From: Puniceicoccaceae bacterium
GTDB lineage: Bacteria > Verrucomicrobiota > Verrucomicrobiia > Opitutales > Oceanipulchritudinaceae
Direction of reading: 5' to 3'
Assembly: GCA_040830765.1 (NCBI GenBank)
Contig: JBFOMH010000036.1
Coordinates: forward strand, 1-45,304
Length of the DNA: 45,304 bases
The notes under the pieces were generated by a model. It did no database searches and was not told where the DNA came from. It saw only the letters and a list, made by a program, of their open reading frames with translations. Shown here piece by piece: positions 1 through 9,200 of this stretch (position 1 is the stretch's first letter; each line of letters starts with the position of its first letter). The position numbers and the translations under genes were made by a program.

Positions 1-238
1 GGCGATGATGATCCCCAACGAGGCCCGCAAGGAGGTCAGCCAGGATGCCCTCCTGATCCACCTGGTGGAGAATCTCTACGAAAGAAACAACACCCAGTTC
101 AAGCAGGGCTGCTTCCGGGTCCGAGGGGAAACGGTGGAAATTTTCCCCGCCTACATGGAAACAGCCATCCGGGTGGAGTTCTGGGGTGATGAGGTCGAGC
201 GCATCCGGTCACTGGAGCCACTGACCGGGGAGACCGGG
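1..238 (+). repeat. Direct repeat of uvrB internal segment 779-1016 (may extend beyond the window start)
   Basis: Manual alignment of 1-238 to 779-1016: ungapped, 10 mismatches (positions 18,26,35,42,60,89,93,124,139,217). Confidence 0.97.
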
Positions 239-301
239 CCCGCGGTGTCATTACCGCCCAGCCGGGGGCACGCGGGCGGGTTGGGCCACGGAGCGGTGTA
301 G
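5..301 (+). pseudogene. Truncated uvrB fragment (UvrB aa ~155-232 plus an unrelated 20-aa tail)
   Basis: The ORF matches UvrB domain 2 with 9 aa changes, then runs into unrelated GC-rich sequence and stops 19 bp before uvrB. Confidence 0.6.
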
Positions 302-320
302 CCACCCCGCCGATGTCTTC

Positions 321-2327
321 ATGACGTTCCAACTGAAATCGGATTTCCAACCCACCGGTGACCAGCCAGAGGCCATCGGCAAACTGGTGGATTCCCTGCA
401 GGCCGGTAACAAGTACCAGACTCTTCTCGGTGTCACGGGTTCCGGAAAAACCTTCACCATGGCCAATGTCATCCAGCAGGTGCAGCGGCCGACTCTGGTC
501 CTTTCCCATAACAAGACCCTCGCCGCCCAGCTCTACAGCGAGTTCAAGAATTTCTTCCCGGAAAACGCAGTCGAGTACTTTGTCAGCTACTACGACTACT
601 ACCAACCGGAGGCCTACATTCCAGCCACTGATACCTTCATCGAGAAGGACTCCTCCATCAACGAGGAGATCGAACGCCTCCGCATTGCCGCCACCAGCTC
701 GCTGATTTCGCGCAGGGATGTCATCGTGGTGGCCTCCGTTTCCTGCATCTATGGATTGGGTTCACCGGAGGACTTCAAGGCGATGATGATCCCCATCGAG
801 GCCGGCAAGGAGATCAGCCGGGATGCCCTCCTGATCCGCCTGGTGGAGAATCTCTACGAAAGAAACGACATCCAGTTCAAGCAGGGCTGCTTCCGGGTCC
901 GCGGGGAAACGGTGGACATTTTCCCCGCCTACATGGAAACAGCCATCCGGGTGGAGTTCTGGGGTGATGAGGTCGAGCGCATCCGGTCACTGGATCCACT
1001 GACCGGGGAGACCGGGGAAAGCTTCCAGCAATTCCATCTGTATCCGGCCAACCAGTTCATTACGCCAAAGGACAAGATTGAGCGGGCTATCAAGGATGTC
1101 CGCTCAGAGCTTGAGGAACAGGTGGGTACCTTCGAATCCTCCCAGCGCCTCATCGAGGCCCAGCGCATCCGCATGCGGACCGAATACGATATCGAGATGC
1201 TGCAGGAAATGGGATTTTGCCAGGGTATCGAGAACTACTCCCGCCATCTCTCCGGGCGCAAGGCCGGCGAGCGTCCCTTCTGCCTGCTCGACTTCTTTCC
1301 GGATGATTTCCTGACCATTATCGACGAAAGCCATGTCACCGTTCCCCAGATCGGCGGCATGTACAAGGGCGACCGGTCCCGCAAGGAACGGCTCGTCGAG
1401 TACGGGTTCCGTCTGCCCAGCGCGCTCGATAACCGCCCGCTGCGCGTCGAGGAGTTCCGCGAGATAACCGGCCAGACCATCCTTGTCTCGGCCACTCCCT
1501 CGCCGGACGATCTTGAGCGTTCCAGTGTTATTGCCGAACAAGTAATCCGGCCGACCGGACTCCTTGATCCCGATCCCCTTATCCGGCCTGCCAAGGGACA
1601 GGTAGAGGACCTCATCGGGGAAGTTCTCACGGCGGTCGATGAGGGGGAACGCGTCCTCGTCACAACCCTGACCAAGCGCATGTCCGAAGACCTGAGTGCC
1701 TACTTCCGCGAACGCTCCATTCGGGTTGAGTACCTCCATAGCGACATTGACGCCATTGAACGGGTGGAGATTCTCCGCAACCTTCGGGCGGGGGAATTCG
1801 ATGTCCTCGTCGGGGTGAATCTCCTCCGCGAAGGCCTGGACCTTCCGGAAGTTGCCCTTGTGGCCATCCTTGATGCCGACAAGGAGGGCTTTCTACGTAG
1901 TGCCACCAGCCTCATCCAGACAGCCGGGCGAGCGGCGCGACACGAGAAGGGACGGGTCCTTCTCTATGCCGACAACCTGACCGATTCCCTCAAGCGGGCA
2001 GTGGAAGTGACCAGCCAGCGCCGGACTCGGCAGATGGCATACAACGAGGAGCACGGCATCACCCCGCGCAGTGTCCAGCGCGCCATTCAGGCCAGCCTCC
2101 ATTATGGGCGCAAGGAGACGGCAGACCCGCTGTCCGTTCAGGAGGCAGGAGGCGACGAGGATGTCTCGACCATTATCGCTGAACTTGAGGAGGAGATGCT
2201 CGCCGCCGCCAACGATTTGCAGTTCGAGCGCGCTGCTGTCCTCCGCGACCAGATTGAAGCCCTCCGTCACCCGGAAAAGTTCCAGGGGAGTAAAAAAGGC
2301 AAGCGCTATAAGAAAAGGCGAAGGTAG
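321..2327 (+). CDS. uvrB: Excinuclease ABC subunit B
   Basis: GVTGSGKT Walker [11 protein letters not shown] beta-hairpin, DESH, C-terminal UVR motif [11 protein letters not shown]. Confidence 0.99.
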   Translation: MTFQLKSDFQPTGDQPEAIGKLVDSLQAGNKYQTLLGVTGSGKTFTMANVIQQVQRPTLVLSHNKTLAAQLYSEFKNFFPENAVEYFVSYYDYYQPEAYIPATDTFIEKDSSINEEIERLRIAATSSLISRRDVIVVASVSCIYGLGSPEDFKAMMIPIEAGKEISRDALLIRLVENLYERNDIQFKQGCFRVRGETVDIFPAYMETAIRVEFWGDEVERIRSLDPLTGETGESFQQFHLYPANQFITPKDKIERAIKDVRSELEEQVGTFESSQRLIEAQRIRMRTEYDIEMLQEMGFCQGIENYSRHLSGRKAGERPFCLLDFFPDDFLTIIDESHVTVPQIGGMYKGDRSRKERLVEYGFRLPSALDNRPLRVEEFREITGQTILVSATPSPDDLERSSVIAEQVIRPTGLLDPDPLIRPAKGQVEDLIGEVLTAVDEGERVLVTTLTKRMSEDLSAYFRERSIRVEYLHSDIDAIERVEILRNLRAGEFDVLVGVNLLREGLDLPEVALVAILDADKEGFLRSATSLIQTAGRAARHEKGRVLLYADNLTDSLKRAVEVTSQRRTRQMAYNEEHGITPRSVQRAIQASLHYGRKETADPLSVQEAGGDEDVSTIIAELEEEMLAAANDLQFERAAVLRDQIEALRHPEKFQGSKKGKRYKKRRR

Positions 2328-2376
2328 TCGCCACATGAAGTGGCTCACTACGTAGCGAGCGGGTTTACCCCGCGAC
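2324..2376. repeat. Two adjacent GTAG-led palindromes (REP-like), possibly a bidirectional terminator between convergent genes
   Basis: GTAGTCGCCAC-ATGAA-GTGGCTCACTAC followed directly by GTAGCGAGCGGG-TTTAC-CCCGCGA. Confidence 0.45.
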
Positions 2377-2379
2377 AGG

Positions 2380-3087
2380 TCACCCGAACCGCTGGTGCAT
2401 CGCCTTGACCGGGAAGTTGCGCCCGGGACACACCGTATGGTTGCGGTCGATTTCCTTGTGGACCGCAAACGTGTAGCGATTTTTCAGCACATCACCACCA
2501 AGATAATCAACAAGCCGGGTAAAGGCGGAGAGTTGTTTTCGCGAAGGATGCGTCTCCTCGAAGTTCCCCACCAGGCAGATCCCGATCCCTTGCTTGTTGA
2601 CCGCGTGCTTACGGACATGCCCGCCATCGAGCTGTTGCTTCCAGCGCGGCCCGATTTCGATTTCGCCATCGCCGGAATCAATCCCGTTGCCAATGACAAA
2701 GTGATAGGCAAGCCCGTTTTCCATTCCTCTGCGACGATGGTTCTTGTTATAGATTTCCGCGTTGCCGTGTTTGGTGGCACTGTGATGGCCGATGATGTAT
2801 TTCCACCGACCAGGTTGCACCCGGACGCCAGAGAGAAGTTTCCGGATATCCTGGTTCGATGGCCCGGAAGCGGGAATCTGCAGGGCCTGTCCTACCTTGA
2901 TGAGGTCTGATTTCAATCCGTTTTGCCGCTTGATGGCACCCACGGTAACCCCGTAGCGCACAGCCAGGCCACTGAGCGTATCCCCTTTGCGCACGATGTG
3001 GACAGAACTGGAGGCCGCCCATAGTTTTCCCAAACCGGCTGGCAACAGCAGACCTGCTACACCTATCATGAAATTCCGACGATCCAT
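2380..3087 (-). CDS. LysM-domain N-acetylmuramoyl-L-alanine amidase (Amidase_2 type) with Tat-like signal
   Basis: MDRRNF twin-arginine leader; LysM HIVRKGDTLSGLAVRYGV; amidase motifs HHSAT, YHFVIGNG, IGICLVGNF, H..CPG. Confidence 0.9.
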   Translation of the reverse strand: MDRRNFMIGVAGLLLPAGLGKLWAASSSVHIVRKGDTLSGLAVRYGVTVGAIKRQNGLKSDLIKVGQALQIPASGPSNQDIRKLLSGVRVQPGRWKYIIGHHSATKHGNAEIYNKNHRRRGMENGLAYHFVIGNGIDSGDGEIEIGPRWKQQLDGGHVRKHAVNKQGIGICLVGNFEETHPSRKQLSAFTRLVDYLGGDVLKNRYTFAVHKEIDRNHTVCPGRNFPVKAMHQRFG

Positions 3088-3154
3088 AAAAAGACGCCTT
3101 ACGTTAATGGGGTCACCGGCATCCAGTCACGAAGAAAATATCCCCGGATTTTAG

Positions 3155-3174
3155 TATCCCTAATTGAAGGGATA
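3155..3174. promoter_or_regulatory. Palindromic operator candidate TATCCCT-N6-AGGGATA
   Basis: Perfect 7-bp inverted repeat in the divergent amidase / DUF4212-symporter intergenic region. Confidence 0.4.
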
Positions 3175-3218
3175 AGAATTTATGTGACAAACGGCCGGAA
3201 GCACTCAAGATACGGCGC

Positions 3219-3581
3219 ATGACGAATGACATTCCTACCCCATCCCGGGAGGAAATTCGCCGGGCTGAAGGGCGAATCCTCAAGAAGTATTGGCAGGCGA
3301 ACCTGCGCCTCATGGGGATCCTGCTCCTCGTCTGGAGTGCCGTGGGTCTCGGCTGTGGTGTCCTTTTTGCCGATGTCCTCAACCAATACAAGCTGCCGGG
3401 TACCGGCTATCCGCTTGGATTCTGGTTTGCCCAGCAAGGTTCCATCGTCACCTTCGTGCTCCTGATCCTGACCTACGCGATACTGATGAACCGCCTTGAC
3501 CGCATCCATCATGATGAACGGGAAGCGCTGGTACACCGGGAGGAGCCGGAGGGAGAGTCCTATACCGGGGAAGGTATTTAA
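3219..3581 (+). CDS. DUF4212 small membrane subunit of solute:sodium symporter
   Basis: YWQANL and GYPLGFWFAQQGSI motifs, two TM segments, located directly upstream of an SSS gene. Confidence 0.9.
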   Translation: MTNDIPTPSREEIRRAEGRILKKYWQANLRLMGILLLVWSAVGLGCGVLFADVLNQYKLPGTGYPLGFWFAQQGSIVTFVLLILTYAILMNRLDRIHHDEREALVHREEPEGESYTGEGI

Positions 3582-3602
3582 TCCGTCCAGAAGGAATCAA
3601 TC

Positions 3603-5441
3603 ATGACGGTGCAGATCTGGACTTACCTCTTTGTCGGGCTGACTTTCGCCCTCTACCTTGGCATCGCCTGGTGGAGCCGGGTGCGCGATACCAAGGGCTT
3701 CTACGTGGCCGGGCGGGGCGTTCCGGCTGCCGCCAACGGGATGGCTACCGCAGCCGACTGGATGAGTGCGGCCTCCTTTATCTCCATGGCCGGCCTGATT
3801 TCAACGATGGGATATGCCGGCGGAGTCTACCTAATGGGGTGGACGGGGGGCTTTGTTCTCCTTTCCCTCCTGCTGGCCCCTTACTTGAGAAAGTTTGGCC
3901 ATTACACGGTGCCCGACTTTGTCGGGGACCGTTACGACTCCCGCTTTGCCCGGATCATTGCCGTGCTCTGCGCGCTGTTCATCAGTTTTACCTACGTGGC
4001 CGGCCAGATGCGGGGCGTCGGCGTGGTCTTTAGCCGATTCCTTGAAGTTGATGTCACGGTTGGCGTGGTCATCGGAATGGTCATTGTCTTCATCTATGCC
4101 ACGCTAGGCGGCATGAAGGGCATCACCTGGACCCAGGTGGCCCAGTACTGGGTGCTCATTACCGCCTTTCTGGTCCCGGCTATTGCCATCTCCATCAAGC
4201 TGACCGGAACCGTGATGCCGCAGGCCGGCCTCGGAAGCGACCTTGTCGGTGAATCGGTAAGCCTCCTCTCAAAATTGGATGGCATTCAGAAAGAACTCGG
4301 CTTTGGTCCTTACACGGAACCCTTTGTCGGCAAGTGGGACAAGGTGAACGTCCTCTTCGTCACCCTCGCCCTGATGGTCGGGACCGCCGGTCTGCCACAC
4401 GTGATTGTCCGCTTCTACACCGTCAAAAGTCCCCGCAGTGCCCGCTGGAGCGGCTTTTGGGCCCTCTTTTTCATAGCCGGCTTGTACCTGACCGCACCCG
4501 CTGTGGCAGGATTTGCCCGCTATTACATGCTCGACAATCTCAACGGCACCACTGAGGAGAACCTGCCCGGATGGTTCAAAAGCTGGGAATCGACAGGATT
4601 GATCCTGTGGTATGACGATGGTGACGGCCAGCTCCGATATTCAGCAGGAGAGGATAACGAAATTTTCCGTGCCGGGTCGCTCAGCGGGGTTGAACTAGCC
4701 CAGCTGGCCCGAAATCACCAGTTGTGGATGGACAGTGCCGGCACGGATGGGGCTGATGCCCGGGCAATCCTGAAGGCCAAGGGCCTCAGCGGCCCCGACC
4801 GGGATATCATCGTTCTGGCCACTCCCGAGATGGCGGAACTTTCCAACTGGATTATCGCCTTCGTTGCCGCAGGCGGACTGGCTGCAGCCTTGTCAACAGC
4901 CAGTGGGCTCCTGCTGGTGATATCATCCAGTGTCGCACACGACCTGTACTACAAGGTCCTCGACCCGCGAGCGAGCGAGCAGAAGCGCCTCATGGTTGGT
5001 CGCGCCACCATCGGGGTAGCCGTCATTGTGGCTGGTCTCTTCGGGATCTATCCACCCGCATTTGTCGGCCAGGTGGTGGCCTTTGCCTTCGGACTGGCCG
5101 CGGCCAGCTTCTTCCCGATCATTGTCCTCGGAATTTTCTGGAAGCGGGTCAGCATGATACCCGCCGTTATAGGAATGCTTTGTGGAATCGGTCTGACCGG
5201 TTATTATATTGTCGCGGTAGTCTTTTTCGGAATGGAAAAGTGGACCTTCGGGCTGAGTGCACAAGGTATTGATCCCCAGGGCATCGGGACGATCGGCATG
5301 ATCGTCAACTTCGCTGTCACCGCGAGTCTTGCCCCCTTCTTCCCGGCACCGGATGCCCGTATCCAGGAACTTGTCGACAAGGTACGTGAGCCGGAAGGCT
5401 GGTCGCCCGCTGTCGATATCGAAGCGGGCCCGGAACATTAA
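3603..5441 (+). CDS. Sodium:solute symporter, ActP/VC_2705-like (probable acetate/monocarboxylate uptake)
   Basis: NGMATAADWMSAASFISMAG, GTAGLPHVIVRFYTV, AAALSTASGLLL; many TM helices. Confidence 0.92.
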   Translation: MTVQIWTYLFVGLTFALYLGIAWWSRVRDTKGFYVAGRGVPAAANGMATAADWMSAASFISMAGLISTMGYAGGVYLMGWTGGFVLLSLLLAPYLRKFGHYTVPDFVGDRYDSRFARIIAVLCALFISFTYVAGQMRGVGVVFSRFLEVDVTVGVVIGMVIVFIYATLGGMKGITWTQVAQYWVLITAFLVPAIAISIKLTGTVMPQAGLGSDLVGESVSLLSKLDGIQKELGFGPYTEPFVGKWDKVNVLFVTLALMVGTAGLPHVIVRFYTVKSPRSARWSGFWALFFIAGLYLTAPAVAGFARYYMLDNLNGTTEENLPGWFKSWESTGLILWYDDGDGQLRYSAGEDNEIFRAGSLSGVELAQLARNHQLWMDSAGTDGADARAILKAKGLSGPDRDIIVLATPEMAELSNWIIAFVAAGGLAAALSTASGLLLVISSSVAHDLYYKVLDPRASEQKRLMVGRATIGVAVIVAGLFGIYPPAFVGQVVAFAFGLAAASFFPIIVLGIFWKRVSMIPAVIGMLCGIGLTGYYIVAVVFFGMEKWTFGLSAQGIDPQGIGTIGMIVNFAVTASLAPFFPAPDARIQELVDKVREPEGWSPAVDIEAGPEH

Positions 5442-6253
5442 TCCGCCAAGCGCGTACGGAAAAAGCCGGCAGCCAGCCCGATCGGGACACCGCAGGCAAA
5501 CCCGGTCAGGTGAGCGGAGGTGTCGGTTTGCTCGTCACCGGTTCCAAACCAGGCAAGGAAGATAAGCCCGATAACGAAGGGGATAATCCATGCCTTGGCC
5601 AGGTTCCAGCGGGCATAGCGCAAGCGAAAGCCCAATGGGATGGTGGCCAGCAAGCCAACTGCCCCAAAGACCGCTGTCGAGGCCCCAAGGGAGTAATGCG
5701 GTTCGGGATAGTAGATAGCCGCATTCAGGTAATTGCCGGCAGACCCGGCCAGTAATACGCCGATCCAGGCCCAGATGCCTCCGATGTGCCGGGCAACCAG
5801 ATGCAGGAAGACAGCCCCAAAGAGCATGTTTCCCGCCAAGTGACCGATGTCGGCATGAAGGAAAAGGGCAGTGAAGACCCGGTAAACCTGTCCCTCCATG
5901 ACGGCCTCGGCGGAGACCTTTCCGTTCACGAACAATTGAGGCCACTCAAGGCTGATGCCATAGGCCGTCAGCAGGACAAGGATCCATACCATGGAGGCAA
6001 CCGGCGAAGCACCCTCTTCAGACAGTTCACGACTTTCTGGGGGCCAGTTGAGCGATTCCTTACGGTAAAGTTCAATCTGGCGCAGGAGGCGTCGGGCATC
6101 TTTCGTCTGGACGACGAGAAAATATTCATCCCCCTCGCCCTCTAAAACCCAGTAAGGTGCCCCCTGACTGAGAATGACCAACCCAAGTTCATGGGCCTGT
6201 CGCTCATCCTCAATGCGGGCAATTTCCTCAAAGGCCTCTCCAAACGGATCCAT
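5438..6253 (-). CDS. Rhomboid family intramembrane serine protease
   Basis: HADIGHLAGN, catalytic GAS (SLGASTAVFG), AHLTGFACG. Confidence 0.92.
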   Translation of the reverse strand: MDPFGEAFEEIARIEDERQAHELGLVILSQGAPYWVLEGEGDEYFLVVQTKDARRLLRQIELYRKESLNWPPESRELSEEGASPVASMVWILVLLTAYGISLEWPQLFVNGKVSAEAVMEGQVYRVFTALFLHADIGHLAGNMLFGAVFLHLVARHIGGIWAWIGVLLAGSAGNYLNAAIYYPEPHYSLGASTAVFGAVGLLATIPLGFRLRYARWNLAKAWIIPFVIGLIFLAWFGTGDEQTDTSAHLTGFACGVPIGLAAGFFRTRLAD

Positions 6254-6298
6254 TTGAATCCATGATGGAAGAATCCCTCGTTACTGCAACCGCGCTGC

Positions 6299-9200
6299 CT
6301 AAAAATCGGCTGTAATCGACAGCCGGATGAAGGCCGGGCCGGTGATTGGGGTACTACGGCGCACAAGTATGGTCTCCGTCCCGTCAAGGTTGTCCACCGG
6401 GGTACCAACCACCTCAAGATGAGCAGCACCCGAATCCCAGGTCCCGGAGAGGGAACTCGAAGTCTCCACCACGTAAGTGATATCATCGACTGCATAGGAT
6501 AGCTCGACATTATCCCAAGTGCCTCCGGTACGCTGACGATACTCGATTTGCAGGTAAACGGAACCGTTCTCTTCATGGAACATGGCCCGTGGCAATTTCG
6601 GATGTTCCCCGGCGACCGTCGGGTCGAAATTAAAGGCAAATTCAAACAGGTTGAGGATACCATCCAAATCTGGATCAGCGCTCTGACCAGAATCTTCAGG
6701 ACCCAAGGCATAGCTACCTGCCCAACCAAAATATTCTTCCCCCGGGATATCACCAGGTGGCGGGGGCAGATCGATGTTTGCCTCGAAGCTGTAGACACTT
6801 CCTTCCACATTGGAGACAAGTGCCTGATAGGTACCAGCACTGGAACTGGCAACGGAAGCAATGTAGTAGGAAGCACCGGTGGCGCCAGGAATGGGATTGC
6901 CGTCCTTGATCCACTGGATGGAGGGGGCGGGGAATCCTTCAGCAATTACTGACAGGTATACACTGTCCCCTTCCTCGACGGTGCAGCCCGAGGGGTCGAC
7001 CCAGATCGATGGTGCCTGGGGAACGGCGTTACTCTGGCCGACGACCTGCATGTCATCTATGGCGATGTCGCCCAGTTCGGAAGTCGTTGTATCGGCTCGC
7101 ATCTCCAGTTGGATGGAGGTCGCAGGCAGATAAGGGTTCAAGTCAATGACAGCCTTTTTCCAGTCAGACCCGTCAACGCTTTGTTGGCCTGTGGCGCTGA
7201 AAGCTCCGGCGGCAGCAAGGGAACCGTTGACATAAAGGTCCACGGTCAGCGCGCCCATACCTGAACCGTACATATGATACCAGAATTCAAGATTGGCGGA
7301 ACTTACCCCGCCGACCGGGATGACAGGACTCTGCAGGATGGCATAGACCTCAGCATTCCCAGTGGCATCCGCAAAAAGGTACTTGCCCGATCCATGGGTA
7401 TGGTCGCCATCCGGGCCAGTGCCTGCTGTCGGCGTGCTGTAGCTGTCAGATGCCCAATCAAACCAATCTTCCCCACCCTTGCCGTTCGCTCGCTTGTTCT
7501 TGGCATTGGACCAGCCATTCCAGGTTGCCGGATCGGCCGTGAAGGTGTCGAAAGACTCGGCATAAACGAGGGAATTATCGGAAATAAAAACCTGTACTGA
7601 GTCATTGGAACCCACCATCAGGAGGGACGTGCCAGTAATGTTGAGGCCAAAGGACTCCTGGCCTTCGCTGATTCCGTCATTGTCGATGGCCACATACATG
7701 GATGCCTGCGTCGCCCCGACAGGAATGACAATAGAACCCGCTCCGGTCAAGGGATCGAAGGACGAATGACCGGCAAGCGCATAATCCGCAGGAATGCCGG
7801 TCGCACTGGCTGTTCCATCGACGGTGAAATCTATCCACTCTTCCCCTGATGTATCGGCTGCTCCACTACGTTCAAAAGTAAGGACCACAACTTCACCGGA
7901 ATCTTCCGTGACAGAGTTGGTGCTGGCAACGACCCCGACAGCAGCCGCCTCGGCGATTACAATACTCGCGGTGCCGGTGTTTCCAAGTGAATCGCTGACC
8001 GTGTACTCAATGACAACTTGACCACCCTCGTTCTGACCGGGGGTGTAGGTCAAGTATCCGGAATTATCCGAACTGCCGGAACTGGATCGGGTCATATTCC
8101 GTTTCTCGAGGGAAATTGTACCGGTGCCGGTAACTACGGTCGCGTCAACGAGATGCAGGGCACCCTGGGAATAGGCCTCGGGAGTGGTATCAGTTGGGCT
8201 TAGAACAACTTCCACATCACCGGACCAGAGGCGCCCGGATCCTTCATCATTAAGCAGCGGATTTATGCGCACGGGCCCATTCAGTTCGCTAAGGATGGAA
8301 TCGTTGCTGAGGCTGAGGACAGGTGTGTCGGATGGGGCCGTCGAATCGCCACCAACGGTGACCACGATATCTGCGCGGTGGAGCCAGCCCTGGCCACCAT
8401 TGCCCACATTACCACCAAGCGTGTATGTAAACCATGCCTGTCCGGTAAAGCCTGATGCGGGAATGAATTCGATGGTATTACCAGCGACAGCAGCGGTACC
8501 AGCGGCCTTCGGCAGCACCTGCCCCACTTCCACCAGACGAAGCGTGTTGGAACTGCCTCCATTGACCTTGGTCAGGTCATTGGAGAGAGGATTGATGGTC
8601 ACAGCCGTTCCGGCCGCTGTGCTCGCGCTATCGTCAACACCAAAGGGAATTTCTTCGGGATGGCGCAACAGGGCATCTCCAAGGACATAAGCTTTGCCAG
8701 GCGAGCCCATGTAATTGTAGATATCCTTCGCGGCGGTGTAGGAGCCGCCCTCGATCATCGTGAAGAAATCCTCGTTACCCATGCGAATTGAGGGATTCAT
8801 GACCCCACCTGCCGTATGGGTAGAACCCACGTTGTGGCCCAGTTCGTGGCAATGCACTTCCCAGCCCCAGTTTGGCTCGGCTACTGAATGCCCATAGGAT
8901 GACAATCCATAGCAATCGGTCCAGGCAAGTCCGATGGTTCCACCACCGCCCCCGGCGACGAGTGTCCACAGGGCGACGTGCCCCCACTTGTAGGTGGATT
9001 GGGGCCGGTAATTGCCGACCCAGGTGTTCAGCTTGTAGAGGTCTTGTCCAAGGGCGTCACTGTCGGGATTACCCGGGTCCTCTTCGGAGGAATCGCTCGG
9101 GATAAGAATCATTTCCTGTAACAGGTAGCGGAATCCCAGCTGACGCTCGTAGACATCGGCAGCGCGGGCTGCATAAGCAAAGTAATTGGCGGCCTTGGTA

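Noticed and set aside
1..1016. uvrB repeat pair as a diversity-generating retroelement TR/VR
   Set aside because: Only 6 of 10 mismatches are at adenines of the putative template, there is no reverse transcriptase in the window, and the intact uvrB looks like the ancestral copy.
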